Shown: one piece after another, positions 1-11,165 of the stretch | Position numbering within the stretch: the stretch's first letter is position 1 | Layout of the letters: each line of letters begins with the position of its first letter | DNA from: Vicugna vicugna | Lineage: Eukaryota | Direction of reading: 5' to 3' | DNA: 64,000 bases | Assembly: GCA_013265495.1 (NCBI GenBank) | Contig: MU058669.1 | Span: forward strand, 62,001 to 126,000 | Notes under the pieces: model-generated | Told to the model about the DNA's origin: nothing | The model's input: only the letters and a program-made list of their open reading frames with translations | The model's database searches: none | Translations under genes and position numbers: made by a program

Positions 1-424
1 CTAATTCCCCTAGTGTTGAGTGTTTAGTTTCCAATTTTTCACGATTAACAGTGAGGCTCCACTGAGCATCTTTGCTGCCCACGCACTTGTCCAGAGCTCA
101 CCACGTGCCAGGGGCTGCACCAGGTACTTGACAGATGTACCTCGTTCAATCCTCCACAGCCCAAGGACACTCAGCTAGGAAATGACCCGTTCAGGTTCTC
201 ACTTGTCTAACACAGTGTGCCTTTATAAGGATTGAGAATCCCTTGCTTTTCAGTCCTGAAGTTCCTTCTTCCAATAGGGCCCCCAAGGAGTACCTGTCTT
301 TCCTCTGCAGCATGGTCCTGAGAAACCAGAGGGCTTGGGGTGTGCAAACCCGGGTTTAGCAAAAGGACGGCTCTTGGTAGCTTATCACCAGGCTCGCAGC
401 AGCTGCGGCTCCCCAAACGGCCCT

Positions 425-800
425 GAAACAGACAGGATAGGCCAGGTTATGCTGCAGTGACAAACAACTCCAAGACAGTGGCTTAAAACATCTATTGTGG
501 GGCTGCGACGGGCTCTGTTTTGTGTTGTCCTTACTCCAGGCCCCAAGCTGATCGAGCAGCCACCAACCTGAACACAGCCATGTGTCACTCGGGAGGCATG
601 AGTGGATGCAGTCATGTGCACACTGGCTCTTAAAGCTTTCACCTGGAAGTGACTGCTTACTTTCTCTCACTTTTTTTTTTTTTTGGACAAAGCAAGTCAC
701 GTAGGCATGTGTAACTAAAGGCACAGAGATGTACATCCCACCGTGTGCCCTGAGTGGGGAGAACTAGACTATTTGGTGAACAGCACTGGTGACCACCATG
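425..800 (-). mobile_element. Old MaLR LTR fragment (MLT1J-like)
   Basis: Motifs 'ggttatgctgcagtgacaaacaactccaa...gtggcttaaaaca' and 'aaagcaagtcac' resemble the reverse strand of MLT1J/K LTRs; boundaries approximate. Confidence 0.6.
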
Positions 801-1456
801 GGCCTTGTCCTCTGCTGACCATTTAGAAAGAGTCTGACTGTCAGAACCATGTTTTTGAACAACTGAGTCCAGGCCAGAAGTGCCCAAGGATGCCTTAGCC
901 TTCTGTCCTAGAGGAAGGACCCTTCTTCCCTCTCATCACCTCTTGCTCACATCGTGAAGCTGAGTTGGCCCTGCATCTCTGGGGACCCAGGAGATACAGA
1001 GAACAGAGGAGTGTGGGTCCAGGGAGGTGGACCGGGGGTGACCATAGGTGAGCTCTGAATTCTGAACTGGTCAGGCTAGAGGTGACTATGTGTCTGTGCT
1101 CTTGGGCAGTGGAGAGGGCATTTGACTCCCAAGTGACCTTGGAAATTCATCTGGAAACAACCGAAATGAACTTCAAAACAGAACAGCTATACCAGACAGG
1201 ATACTAAATACTAAAGAGAAATGACAAAGAGTGCTTATATTTATACAGATATGCCTTCAAAACATGACGTTGAACGGGAAAAAAAGCAAGAGGCAGAATG
1301 ATATGTGCAGTTTGATACCATTTATGTAACTTGGAAACACACTGAATAAAATACTCCACATTTTGTTTTTTGGTGCATAACATATGACAGTGGCTGTGGA
1401 GGGTTGGATGTGCAGGGAGTGGGGGAAGGAGCTAGGACACAGAATGAAGGAGACGT

Positions 1457-1593
1457 GGGGGAGGGTATACCTCTAGTGGTAGAGCGCAAGCTTAGCATGC
1501 CCAAGGTCCTGAGTTCAATCCCCAGTGCCTCCTCTAAAAAAATGAATTAATAAACCTAATTACCACCCCCCATAAAAAACTAAAAGAAAAAAA
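1457..1593 (+). mobile_element. tRNA-Ala-derived SINE (camelid vic-1 type), inserted into an old L1 3' UTR
   Basis: Head GGGGGAGGGTATA..TAGTGGTAGAGCGCAAGCTTAGCATGC..GTCCTGAGTTCAATCCCCAG, tail AATAAACCTAATTACC and A-rich end; TSD agaatgaaggagac (1441-1454) / agaatgaaggggac (1604-1617). Confidence 0.9.
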
Positions 1594-2444
1594 GATATAC
1601 TAGAGAATGAAGGGGACAAATGGGGCTTTAACTCCATTAGTAGTTAAAAATAAACACATAGGATAAGCATATATAATGAACTTTTAATAGTTGTCAATTC
1701 TGAGTAGGAGGACTTGCATGCTTATGATATTGTTTGTATTTCTTTTGTGTTTAAAATGAAAAAGGGAAAAGTTTGGTCAGTCTGCCAGATCTGTTTCCTC
1801 CTCTCTAAAATCAGTTCATTGACCTAGAATTGTGGCTGGTTATCACAGATTGGTGACCTTTTTTAAAAAAATTAAAACAAAACAAAACAAAACAAAACAG
1901 GGATGTCCATTTAAAATTTTGCCCAGAATGGATTTTTAGATAACCGAAGTATATGTTCTGATCATGATTTCATAAAAAGAACATTTTAACATGAAATTAG
2001 TGGGAAGTATACACTCTCAGAATAGAGAGCTGAATAAAATTTTATTTTTGCTTTCCAATAACTTATTTAGTACAAGAAACACATATTCATTGCAAAATAT
2101 TTGGAAAATTTATCATGAACAGAATAAATTACACACCCCGATTCTTACCACCAAGAGTGGTAATTGCTGTTAATGTTTCATATTTTATATGTATATATAT
2201 TCATAAATATGTATATTTAGTGTTTCTGTGTGAGTGGTGTTTCTAATTTATATATGACTTCTGTTCCTTTTTTCTCACTGTGAAAATAATACATTAATGG
2301 GATTTAGAAAAAAAGATAAATAGAAGAAAATGGAGATATTAATAAACTGAGCTTTCTCCTCATAATTTATTTCTCTCATTTCACCTTGAACCAAAGAAAA
2401 CTTCCCAGACTGGCATTTGGGAATAATACGTGGATAATAAATGA

Positions 2445-2612
2445 TATTTATTGAGCCCTTACTATGTATCAAGGCTTGTGAGAAATGCTACATAGGGCTT
2501 ATCCCACTTAATCCTCAGCACAACCCTGTGAGGGAGACACATTTACTGCCCCATTTCACAGATGTGGGACCTGAGGCTCAGGAAGGTGAAGTGACTTGCT
2601 CAAAGTCACATA
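2445..2612 (-). mobile_element. MIR SINE
   Basis: Core 'cccatttcacagatgtgggacctgaggctcaggaaggtgaagtgacttgctcaaagtcacatagct'. Confidence 0.85.
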
Positions 2613-3369
2613 GCTCCTAGAACCTGAAATCCAGAGAGATTTAGTAACCACTGTCAGTTCCTGCTTCCCATCCCGAGCAGTTTGCTCTCTCCCCACCCTG
2701 TGCCCTGAGAACCAGCAGATGGCCTGCGCAGAGTGTGAAGTTCAGCCCAAGGTCAGGGGACCCAGGGAGCTCTGGCTCCGGTCCCAGAGGAGTGTGGTCA
2801 GGAGAGTGGTGGCCCTGATCAGAGAAGTCGTCTCTGAGAGGTGCTTCTGTGGCTGAGCCACGGGGCTAGGACTTGTTTTCCTTCTCATCAGCCAAGGCCA
2901 AGGCCAAGGCTATCTCATCTCCTCATCCCTCTGAATCAGCCTCTGGCGCCTTGGTCCAGGGTCAGCCCCATCCGGGAGCCCCTGCGAAATCTGAGGTCGG
3001 TGAGCTGCCACAGTGTTGCACCTTCAAGTTTGGACTCTAACTCCTGTCTCCCAGAAACCAGGCAGCAGCCCCATTCCCTCATCTCTCACCTGTTCATTCA
3101 TACAGCTCCTTGGGACTGAAGCCCAGCCACCTGCCAGGTGCTGTGACGAGCGTGGGGTGTCCAGTGAGGAATAAGAAGATATCCCTGCCGTTATGGACCT
3201 GAGTCTTGGGGAGAGAGTCTGACGGTGGAAAGAGAAAGGGTCCTGGTGTCTGCTCTCTGCTCACCTACAGGCTCCAGACCTGGGAGGGGGCAGGAGAGGG
3301 GAGCCTGCTAGCAACGCACCCCTCTCAGCCCCGCAACGGGCAGGTGAGGACAGTGCGTGCCACCTGGCC

Positions 3370-3745
3370 ACAGCTGCAGCTTTGGTGAAGCCTGAAGCTA
3401 CACGTTCTCAAGAGGCTTCTTTTGGGAAAAAGAGTGCAAAATTCAAAATTATAAACACAAAATTAGCACAAACACGAATGTTTACTTAGCATGTGGAAAG
3501 AAGGCACACAGCAAATAGTAAATTTTAAAAAATAGCTACCAATTCCATAAACATCACAGAATCCAGAGTGAAGACACACTTTTTAAAAAATTAACTGCTC
3601 GACGCATCTCTATTATATTTCATCCTGTGTTTTTGGCTGCAGACCCTTTGATCACCCTGTAGGCGCATTTCCAGGGCCCATCCCAGGGGAGGTAGCAAGG
3701 GCCCTGAAGTTTAACCTTTATTAACTTCTTAGTAAATCCATCCTT
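3370..3745. mobile_element. hAT (Tip100-like) non-autonomous DNA transposon remnant
   Basis: End 'gggccctgaagtttaacctttattaacttcttagtaaatccatcct' resembles MER91-family termini; family assignment from recall only. Confidence 0.45.
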
Positions 3746-4762
3746 AGATTTAATTCTTTACCTGACTGAGTCCCAGAACAATCCTATCTTGCAGGCACTG
3801 TTATTACCCCATTTCATAGATGGGTCAACTGAGGCTCAGAAAAAGAATAGTTTGTTCAAGGTCATCTGCTCTCCACTTCAACCTTCATGCTACCGTGCCC
3901 TACACATGGCTCCTGGGTTTGGTAAACCCAGGAGCCCAAACAGCTGGCCCAAAGTGCTCCCAGGCGGGAAGGAAAAGGTGAGATTTGAAACCTAGAAGAA
4001 AAGAAGCCCTATCACATGGACCCCACTTCCCTCCCATCCTTCCGTCCAGGTCTGATCAATTTCCATCCCCTTAGAGGAAGCTCTCAGGGCTCCAGGGGCC
4101 CACTCTGGCCTCTGCCTCTTTGTACTGTTAGATGAATTTATATCCCCGCTCTGTTCTTCTCCCACTATGGTGGGGGAAAGTCAGGGTTCCTCTCTGGGAT
4201 ACAATTTCCTCAACTGGAAATTGGTCTCTAAGATCTCTTTCAACTATAGAAATGCAGGCTTTTTTTTTTTTTTTTTAAGAAAGCCTTGAATCCTTATGGT
4301 CCAGTATCAAGGCTGCAGCCCTGGCCCATCCAATCTATCACTAAGCCCTGTGCCCTATCTCTGACCCAACCCCTAGCTATAGCCTTGGCCAAGCTGCCCC
4401 TCTCTCTTGCCTGGATTATGACAACAGCCCCAGTCTCCATACAGCTGCTTGAGTGATCTTTTAAAACTAGAATAAAGACAGGAATCCCTGCTGTGGCTGC
4501 AGGGCTCATCTCTGCCTGGGCCCCAGCTCCTCTCTCTCTGCTGCCCTCCAGCCCTGGCCAGCCCCGTGGCCACATGACAACTCTTTCTCACCTCAGGCCT
4601 TTGCACATGCTGTTCCCTCTCTGGGACGCTCTTCCCCACACTTCCCCAGGCTAACTCCTATGCATCCTTTCCATCTCAGGTGCAGTGTCTCTTTTTTGGA
4701 GAGGGCATCTCTGACCCATCAGTTTAAATGAACTCGCTGAGAACAGAAACTGATGTTACCTA

Positions 4763-5259
4763 CTACAATAGGCTGAGAAATGGCCCCCAAAGATATCAGG
4801 GCCTAACCCCTGGAACTTGTGAATGTTACCTTGTCGGGAAAAAGGGTAACATTTGCAGATGTGATTAAATGAAGACCTTGAGATGGGGAGATTATCCTGG
4901 ATTATCAGGGAGGGCCCTAAATGCAATCATATGTATCCTTATAAGAGAGACAGAGGGAAATCTGACACATACACGATAAGATAGCAGTACAAAGATGAAG
5001 CATAGATTTGAAAATCCTGCCCTTGAAGGCTGGAGTGATGTGGCCGCAAGCCAAGGAATGCCAGCAGCCACCAGAAGCTAGAAGAGGCAAGGAATGGATT
5101 CTCCTCCAGAACCTCCAAAGGGAGGGCAGCCTTACTAACATCTTAATTCCAGCCCAGTGATACTGATTCTGGCCTCCAGAACTGAGAGAATAATTGTTTA
5201 TTGTTTTAAGCCACAAAGCCTGTGGTAATGTGTTACAGTGGCAACAGGAAACAAATACA
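4763..5259 (+). mobile_element. MaLR LTR (MLT1D-like), near full length
   Basis: 'aatggcccccaaagatatc...gaatgttacctt...gagattatcctggattatc...gccaaggaatgccagcagccaccagaagctagaagaggcaagg...aacaggaaacaaataca'. Confidence 0.85.
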
Positions 5260-5288
5260 CTGACTCAATATCCTTTCCCTTTCAGTCT

Positions 5289-5695
5289 TGTAGAATTCTT
5301 GTTTCATTTAGGATGCCCAGCTCAATTCTTCATTTAACAGCCTCCTTTCCAGCCAATTGTGGCTATGCAACTAGGTTTTGGCCAATGAGGTATAAGCAGA
5401 GGTTGTGTGGATAACTGAGAACACTCCCTAAAAGGGGGATAGAGAACCAAGATATACCCTTTTGCTCTCCCATCCTTTCTGCTTTCTCTCCGGAATACGA
5501 AAGTGAAGGCTGACACTCCAGCAGCCATCTTGGGAACATGAGGTACAGGAGAGTTCTCCATCCCTGAACTGCTGAACCGACACCAGCAGCCACTACCTCC
5601 AGACTTCTCATTATGAGAAGAAAATAAACCTTTACATGCTGATGCCACTGTCCTCAAGGTTTGCGTTAAAAAGGGCTGTTCACAATCCCCACTGA
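5289..5695 (+). mobile_element. Old MaLR LTR (MLT1I/J/K-like)
   Basis: 'ttttggccaatgag', 'cagcagccatcttgggaacatgag', 'ctacctccagacttctcattatgagaagaaaataaacc'. Confidence 0.65.
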
Positions 5696-7041
5696 AAAAT
5701 CTTTCCTACTATCATGTTTCATATCACTTTTTTTCATGTAAGTCACCAGAATGTATAATAATACCTGTGCTTGTGTGTGTAGCTGTTTAATGTCTGCTTC
5801 CTCTGCTAAACTATCATTTCCTCAAGGGCAGGGCCTGTGTCTGCTTTATTCACAGCACAGGATCTGACACAGAGTAGGTACTCAATAAGTATTTATTGAA
5901 TAAATAAATGAATGAAAAAAATGCCTCTCCTAGTGATGTCTCAGGCTCATTATAAGACAAAGACCACACTTCATTATTCTCTTATCTCTAGCTCCACCCT
6001 GGGCCCCAAGTGAATGTTCCTGGAATCCTGATTAAGTGGAATGGAATACAGAGAATTGAAAATATCTAGGCTCCAGTCTGCCCTGTGGCTTGGTGACAGT
6101 GGGTTAGATGAATAAAGTTTTGTTGAGTATCCTGGCCTTCTGGAGAAGGACAAGGAGATTTGGGGATGGCATTGCAGTAGAATACGAGGCCCTGAGGGTC
6201 CAGTGTCTGCTGAATCTCCGACCAGCCATCAGATTTGCAGGGGAGCCAGGCTACCAACTCTGAGCTTGACCAGGCTGTGCTCTCTGTAAGTTCCTGGGAG
6301 CCGAGGCTCAGAGAGGGGCAGGGACGTGCCTGAGGTCACTCAGGATGTCGGTAGAGCGTGGGTAAACACACTGTTCCCAATCCAGCCCTTCCTCCTGTTT
6401 GGTGTCCTCCCCTCTGTGCCCTGGTGCTTTCGAGGTGAGAAGACAAAGGGAAAGCGGGCCTGCAGGCCTAGGGCTTCCCAAGCTCCAGCTGGAACATCAG
6501 CAAGCAAGGGTTTAACCTTCCTGCTTCCCAGATGCCGTCACTGAGGTGCCGTGAGACCAGAGTCTGCAGGGCTAGAAACCCAGACCGGGTGACCTCAGAG
6601 TGGGGCCTTCCCCACCGTCCCATCCTATCTCTCGCCTGTGCTGCTGTGACTCCCACCTCCCCAGGCCAGGGGCACACTGCTGCCTTCCCACGGCGGTTCA
6701 CAGGCCCCAGCCTAAAGGCTGGCAGGGTTAGGACGGTCATGCTTTCTCCACAAGTTTAAGGTACCTGAGAAATGTGCTTACCTGTCCATCAGGTGGAGGC
6801 AGGGGAAGCCGAGAGGTCCCAGGTCTAGTCCAGGGCCACGCAGCACCGACCACAGTGGGACCAGGACCAGGTCTGCTCTGTCTCTGTTGGCCAATCTTCA
6901 ACCACCTGCAGTTCAGCAGTGACCTCCAGCAGGGCAGGCAGGGGAGGGAGAGGTGGCCCTGGAGAAAGAGGAGGATGCGTGTTAGCAAGCCCAAGGCCAA
7001 AGGCGCATCCTTCCACAAACGCAGCCAGGGCCTAGCACTCA

Positions 7042-7546
7042 CCTAGCTGTTCTCAAGCTTTTGGGTCCCCAAATTCCTTTATACTCTTAAGACGTACTGA
7101 TGACCCCAAAGATCTTTTGTGTATGGTGGTTATACCTATTAATGTTTTTTTAAAAACTGTATCAGAAATTAAAACTGAGACACATAATAAATATTAAGTG
7201 ATGTAGAATAACTATAAGCACTCTAACATAACCTATTTTATGAAAAATAACTGTATTTTAGAAAAAAATTAGTGCGAAGAGTAACACTGGTTTACATTTT
7301 TCCAAATGTCTTTAATGTCTGCTTAACAGAGGATAGCCAGGGTCTCGTATCTGCTTCTGTATTCAATCTGCTGTGAGATAACATGACACATTCTGGAAGA
7401 CTCCACTGTACACCCACGAGAGAAAGAGAGTCAAAAAGGCAAGTCACATCTTAGCCTTACAGTGAAAACAATTTTGACTTCATGGATCCCCCAAAAGGGT
7501 CTTGGGGATCTTCAGGGTTCCCTGGACCATACTTTGAGAACCACTG
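7042..7546. mobile_element. hAT-Charlie DNA transposon (Charlie4a-like)
   Basis: Imperfect terminal inverted repeats 'tagctgttctcaagc' ... 'ctttgagaaccactg'; internal 'gaccccaaagatcttttgtgtatg...agaaattaaaactgaga'. Confidence 0.7.
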
Positions 7547-7554
7547 CCCTACAC

Positions 7555-7730
7555 TCTTGATTTAATCTTCACAACAACTCAGTGAGGTGGATCTCATGGT
7601 CATTCCCATTTTATAGATGCCCAAGGTGAGGCTCAGCAAGCTTGGGAGGCTTGCCCATAGGTACACAGCCAGTGAGGGGTGGTGTCAGGATTTGAACCCA
7701 AGATTGTCAACTCTGGGGAACCATGTCCTT
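7555..7730 (-). mobile_element. MIR SINE
   Basis: 'tttaatcttcacaacaac...cccattttatagatg...gaggctcag...ggatttgaaccca'. Confidence 0.8.
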
Positions 7731-7837
7731 AACAGCAAAACTGTATTCCTGTCCTGGGCTGATGGATGGATGTTGTAGGAGGGATGGGAGCAGAAAGGAA
7801 CCAGAGGTTCCAAGGTGCCATTAAGTGGGGAGGGAGA

Positions 7838-8060
7838 TGTGGTGTGGTGGTTAAGAGTGTGGGCTCAGGAACAGTCTCCCTGGACTCTCACACTGGCTCT
7901 GCCTTGTACATGCTGTGTGACCTAGGGCAAAGAACTCAACCTCTCTGAGTCTCAGATACTCTCTGTAAAATATGATAATATGATATTTACATCATAGGGT
8001 CATTGGGAAGATTAAATATTAATTCACATATATTATAACAGTGCTCAATAAATGTTGTTT
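7838..8060 (+). mobile_element. MIR SINE, near full length
   Basis: 'gtggttaagagtgtgggctc...gctgtgtgacctagggcaa...ctctgtaaaat...gtgctcaataaatgttg'. Confidence 0.85.
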
Positions 8061-8592
8061 GTCGTGTATTTATCTTTCAGTTACTGTAAATTTGAGAACA
8101 GGGCCTTGCACATGGTTTTGCTGAAGCTGGAGAGAGGCAGGGGGCACTGAGGGGTCCTGAAGGCAGGGGCTTAGGGAGGGAGGAGAGGAGATGGGTGCTC
8201 TGGAGGGCAAAGAAGGGGCTCAGGACTAGGAACATGTTGCTCTCAAGCGGCAGACATCCACTGATGCTCGACTTCATGGATTTCAGGCTCCCAAGCCAGC
8301 AGTGAAATATGCTGTGACAGGAGGGCCAGCCCTGTCTGCCCCAGGGGACAGAAGCCAAATCTCTTGCTCAGGGCCACCATTCTGGGCACTGGGGACTGAG
8401 ATCAGGCCTCCAATTTCCCGCCCAGAAAAGCCCCCAAGCCATGTGGCCTCTCCTGACTCGGTTCAGGGGGTGAAGCCATGAGCTCCAGTCTCCCTTTTCT
8501 CCTGTTTCATCTCAGCTCTAGAAAATAGTCTAGAACCACATTGCCAAAGGATCCCGAGAGCCATCTTGCCAAAGTGTCCCCTTCCCCCGCCC

Positions 8593-8680
8593 TTTTTTAA
8601 AAAATGGAGGGACTGGGGATTGAACTCAGGATCTCATGCATGCTAAGCTTGCACTCTACCACTGAGCTATACCCACCCTC
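8593..8680 (-). mobile_element. tRNA-Ala-derived SINE (vic-1 type), head only
   Basis: Reverse complement reads GGGTATAGCTCAGTGGTAGAGTGCAAGCTTAGCATGCATGAGATCCTGAGTTCAATCCCCAGTCCCTCCA then TTTTTT; lacks the usual AACCTAATTACC tail. Confidence 0.85.
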
Positions 8681-9389
8681 ATCCTTTTCCCTTTTTGTAG
8701 GTAAAGAACCTGATCTCCAGAGAGGGAAGAGGGCGGCCCACACCATACAGCAAGTTGAAGACAGAAGGCCCAGGCTGCCTGGTGTCTGATTCAGGTTGTA
8801 TCCACCATGACACTCGCCGCCTTCCTTGCTCAGGAGGAGCTCAAGACCATGTGCTTTTGAGAGTGGTGGCTCTGGGGCTCCCCTAATTAGCGCAAGTCTC
8901 AGCTCTGCTACTTCCTGGCTGTGTGACCTCAGGCAAGATGCTTAACCTCTCTGTGCCTCAGCTTCTTATCTATTGAATGGGAATAATAATTTTATCTTCT
9001 TCATTGGGGTACTGGGTGGAGTAAAGTTTGCTGATCCATGCACAGCATGGAGGACACTGCCTAGCATTCAGTCTGGGCAGTTAACATGGTGACCACACCT
9101 CCATCACCATTGTCATCATCATCACTGCCATCATTGAGGTCTTGAACACCATTGCAGGATACACTGGGGGTATTCCTTGCAGAGTGTCCACCCTGATTTA
9201 TGCAAGGCCCTGGGGAGAGGTGGGTAAAGGCAGAGCTGGGTTCTGGCCTCCGCATGGAAACTGATTCACAGGGTGACTTGAGGCATGTCGCCTGCCATGT
9301 CTAGGCCTCTGGGTCTCCAGCTGAAAGAAAGGGGCCTTTTTTTTTTTTTTTAATTTCTTTTATTCCTCTAGCTTCATTTCACTTGGCCA

Positions 9390-9514
9390 NNNNNNNNNNN
9401 NNNNNNNNNNNNNNNNNNNNNNNNNNNNNNNNNNNNNNNNNNNNNNNNNNNNNNNNNNNNNNNNNNNNNNNNNNNNNNNNNNNNNNNNNNNNNNNNNNNN
9501 NNNNNNNNNNNNNN
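9390..9514. other. Assembly gap (125 N)
   Basis: Run of N; the flanks are near-copies of each other. Confidence 0.99.
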
Positions 9515-9694
9515 AAGAAGGGAGCCCTTTTTTTTTTTTTTAATTTCTATTATACCTCTAGCATCATGACACTTGGCCATGATGACCATCGAGTTGTGTA
9601 TGGCTACTCATTACAGTATCATTTAAAGTTAACAGTAAACATTTGGAAACAATCTTAATGTCCTCCCTTACTGCAGTTTTAAAAATAAGAGATG

Positions 9695-10112
9695 AATAGC
9701 CCTAAAATGGAAATAATCCAAATGTCCATCAACAGGTGAAGGGAACCCCAAACTGGCACATTCACGCAGTGGAACACTCCTCTGCAATGAAAAGCAGTGC
9801 ACGCTGGTGACACCAAAGGGGATGCTCAGTGAAGAAGCCTCGTCCCAGAGTGCCTGCCGTATCATCCATGCAAACGGAATTCTGCAAAAGGGAAATCTAA
9901 ATCCTAGGGACGGGAAATAGTTTAGCGGTTGCCCCAGGCTGGATATGGGGAGAAGAAATTGGTTACAAAGGGGCATGAGGGTATTTGGGGGTTAACAGAA
10001 ATGTTCTACATCTTGATGATGGTGGTGGTGATCGTTTTTGAAACTCATTGAGCTGGACTCTTAAAAATGGGTGCATTTTATTGTATGTAAACTGTACCAT
10101 AATAAAATTGGT
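9695..10112 (+). mobile_element. Old L1 (L1MB/MC/MD-like) 3' end
   Basis: 'aatccaaatgtccatcaacaggtgaa' ... 'aaaatgggtgcattttattgtatgtaaactgtaccataataaa'. Confidence 0.8.
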
Positions 10113-10329
10113 TAAGTAATAAATGATGGTTCACACATACAAGGAAAGCTCTGAATTTGTCAAAAAGAGTGGGCTCCATCTTTGGCACCAATGTGGAAAG
10201 ATACATATGCTGTATTGTTTAATGAAAAATAAAGGCAGCTGTGTGACAGCGCTGGTGACATTGACAGGTACTGAGAGCTCTCTGCGGCTGGGCCAAGGTG
10301 CAGGCTTCACATGTATTACTTTGTGTGAA

Positions 10330-11165
10330 CTTTTTTTAAAAGTGATTGAGTTATATATATATGCGTGTATATATATATTCTTCTTTGTATTCATTTTAAT
10401 TATAGGCCATTACAAGGTATTGAATATAGTTATTTCCCTGTGCTGTACAGTAGGACCTTGTTGTTTATTTTATATATACTAGTTAGTATCTGAAAATCCC
10501 GAACTCCCAATTTATCCCTCCCGCTGGTAACCACAAGTTTATTTTATATGCCTATGAGTCTGTTTCTGTTTTGTAAATAAGTTCATTTGTCTTATTTTCT
10601 TTTAGATTCCACATATAAGAGATATCATATGGTATTTTTCTTTCTCTTTCTGGCTTACTTCACTTACAATGACAATCTCCAGGTCCATCCATGTTGCACA
10701 AATGGCATTATTTTATTCTTTTTTATCGCTGAGCAGTATTCTCTTGTATATATACCACATCTTCTCATCCAGTCATCTGTTGATGGACATTTCGGTTGCT
10801 TCCATGTCTTGGCTATTGTAAATGGTGTTGTTATGAACATTGGGGTGCAGGTTCCTTTTCGAATTAGAGTTTCTTCCAGATATATGCCCAGGAGTGGGAT
10901 TGCTGGATCATGTGGTAAGTGTATTGTCAGTTTTTTAAGGAATATCCATACTGTTTTCCATGGTGGCTGCACCAAACTGCATTCCCACCAGCAGTGTAGG
11001 AGGGTCCCCTTTTCTCCACAGCCTCTCCAGCATGTATCATCTGTGGACTTTTTAATGATGGCCATTCTGACTGGTGTGAGGTAATACCTCATTGTGGTTT
11101 TAATCTGCATTTCTCTGATAGTTAGCGACATTGAGAAATTTTTCATGCACTTATTGGACATTTTG
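10330..11165 (-). mobile_element. 5'-truncated L1 (ORF2 C-terminus + 3' UTR), artiodactyl type
   Basis: ORF 10664..11182(-) encodes [25 protein letters not shown]...[17 protein letters not shown]...[10 protein letters not shown]...[10 protein letters not shown], the L1 ORF2 C-terminal domain; it appears to split a MIR. Confidence 0.92.

Larger units (their letters stand above)
4300..5915 (+). mobile_element. L2 LINE 3' region, interrupted by two MLT1 LTRs
   Basis: L2 motif 'caggcctttgcacatgctgttccctct' (~4594-4620) and L2 3' terminus 'acagagtaggtactcaataagtatttattgaataaataaatgaatgaa' (~5868-5915). Confidence 0.75.
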
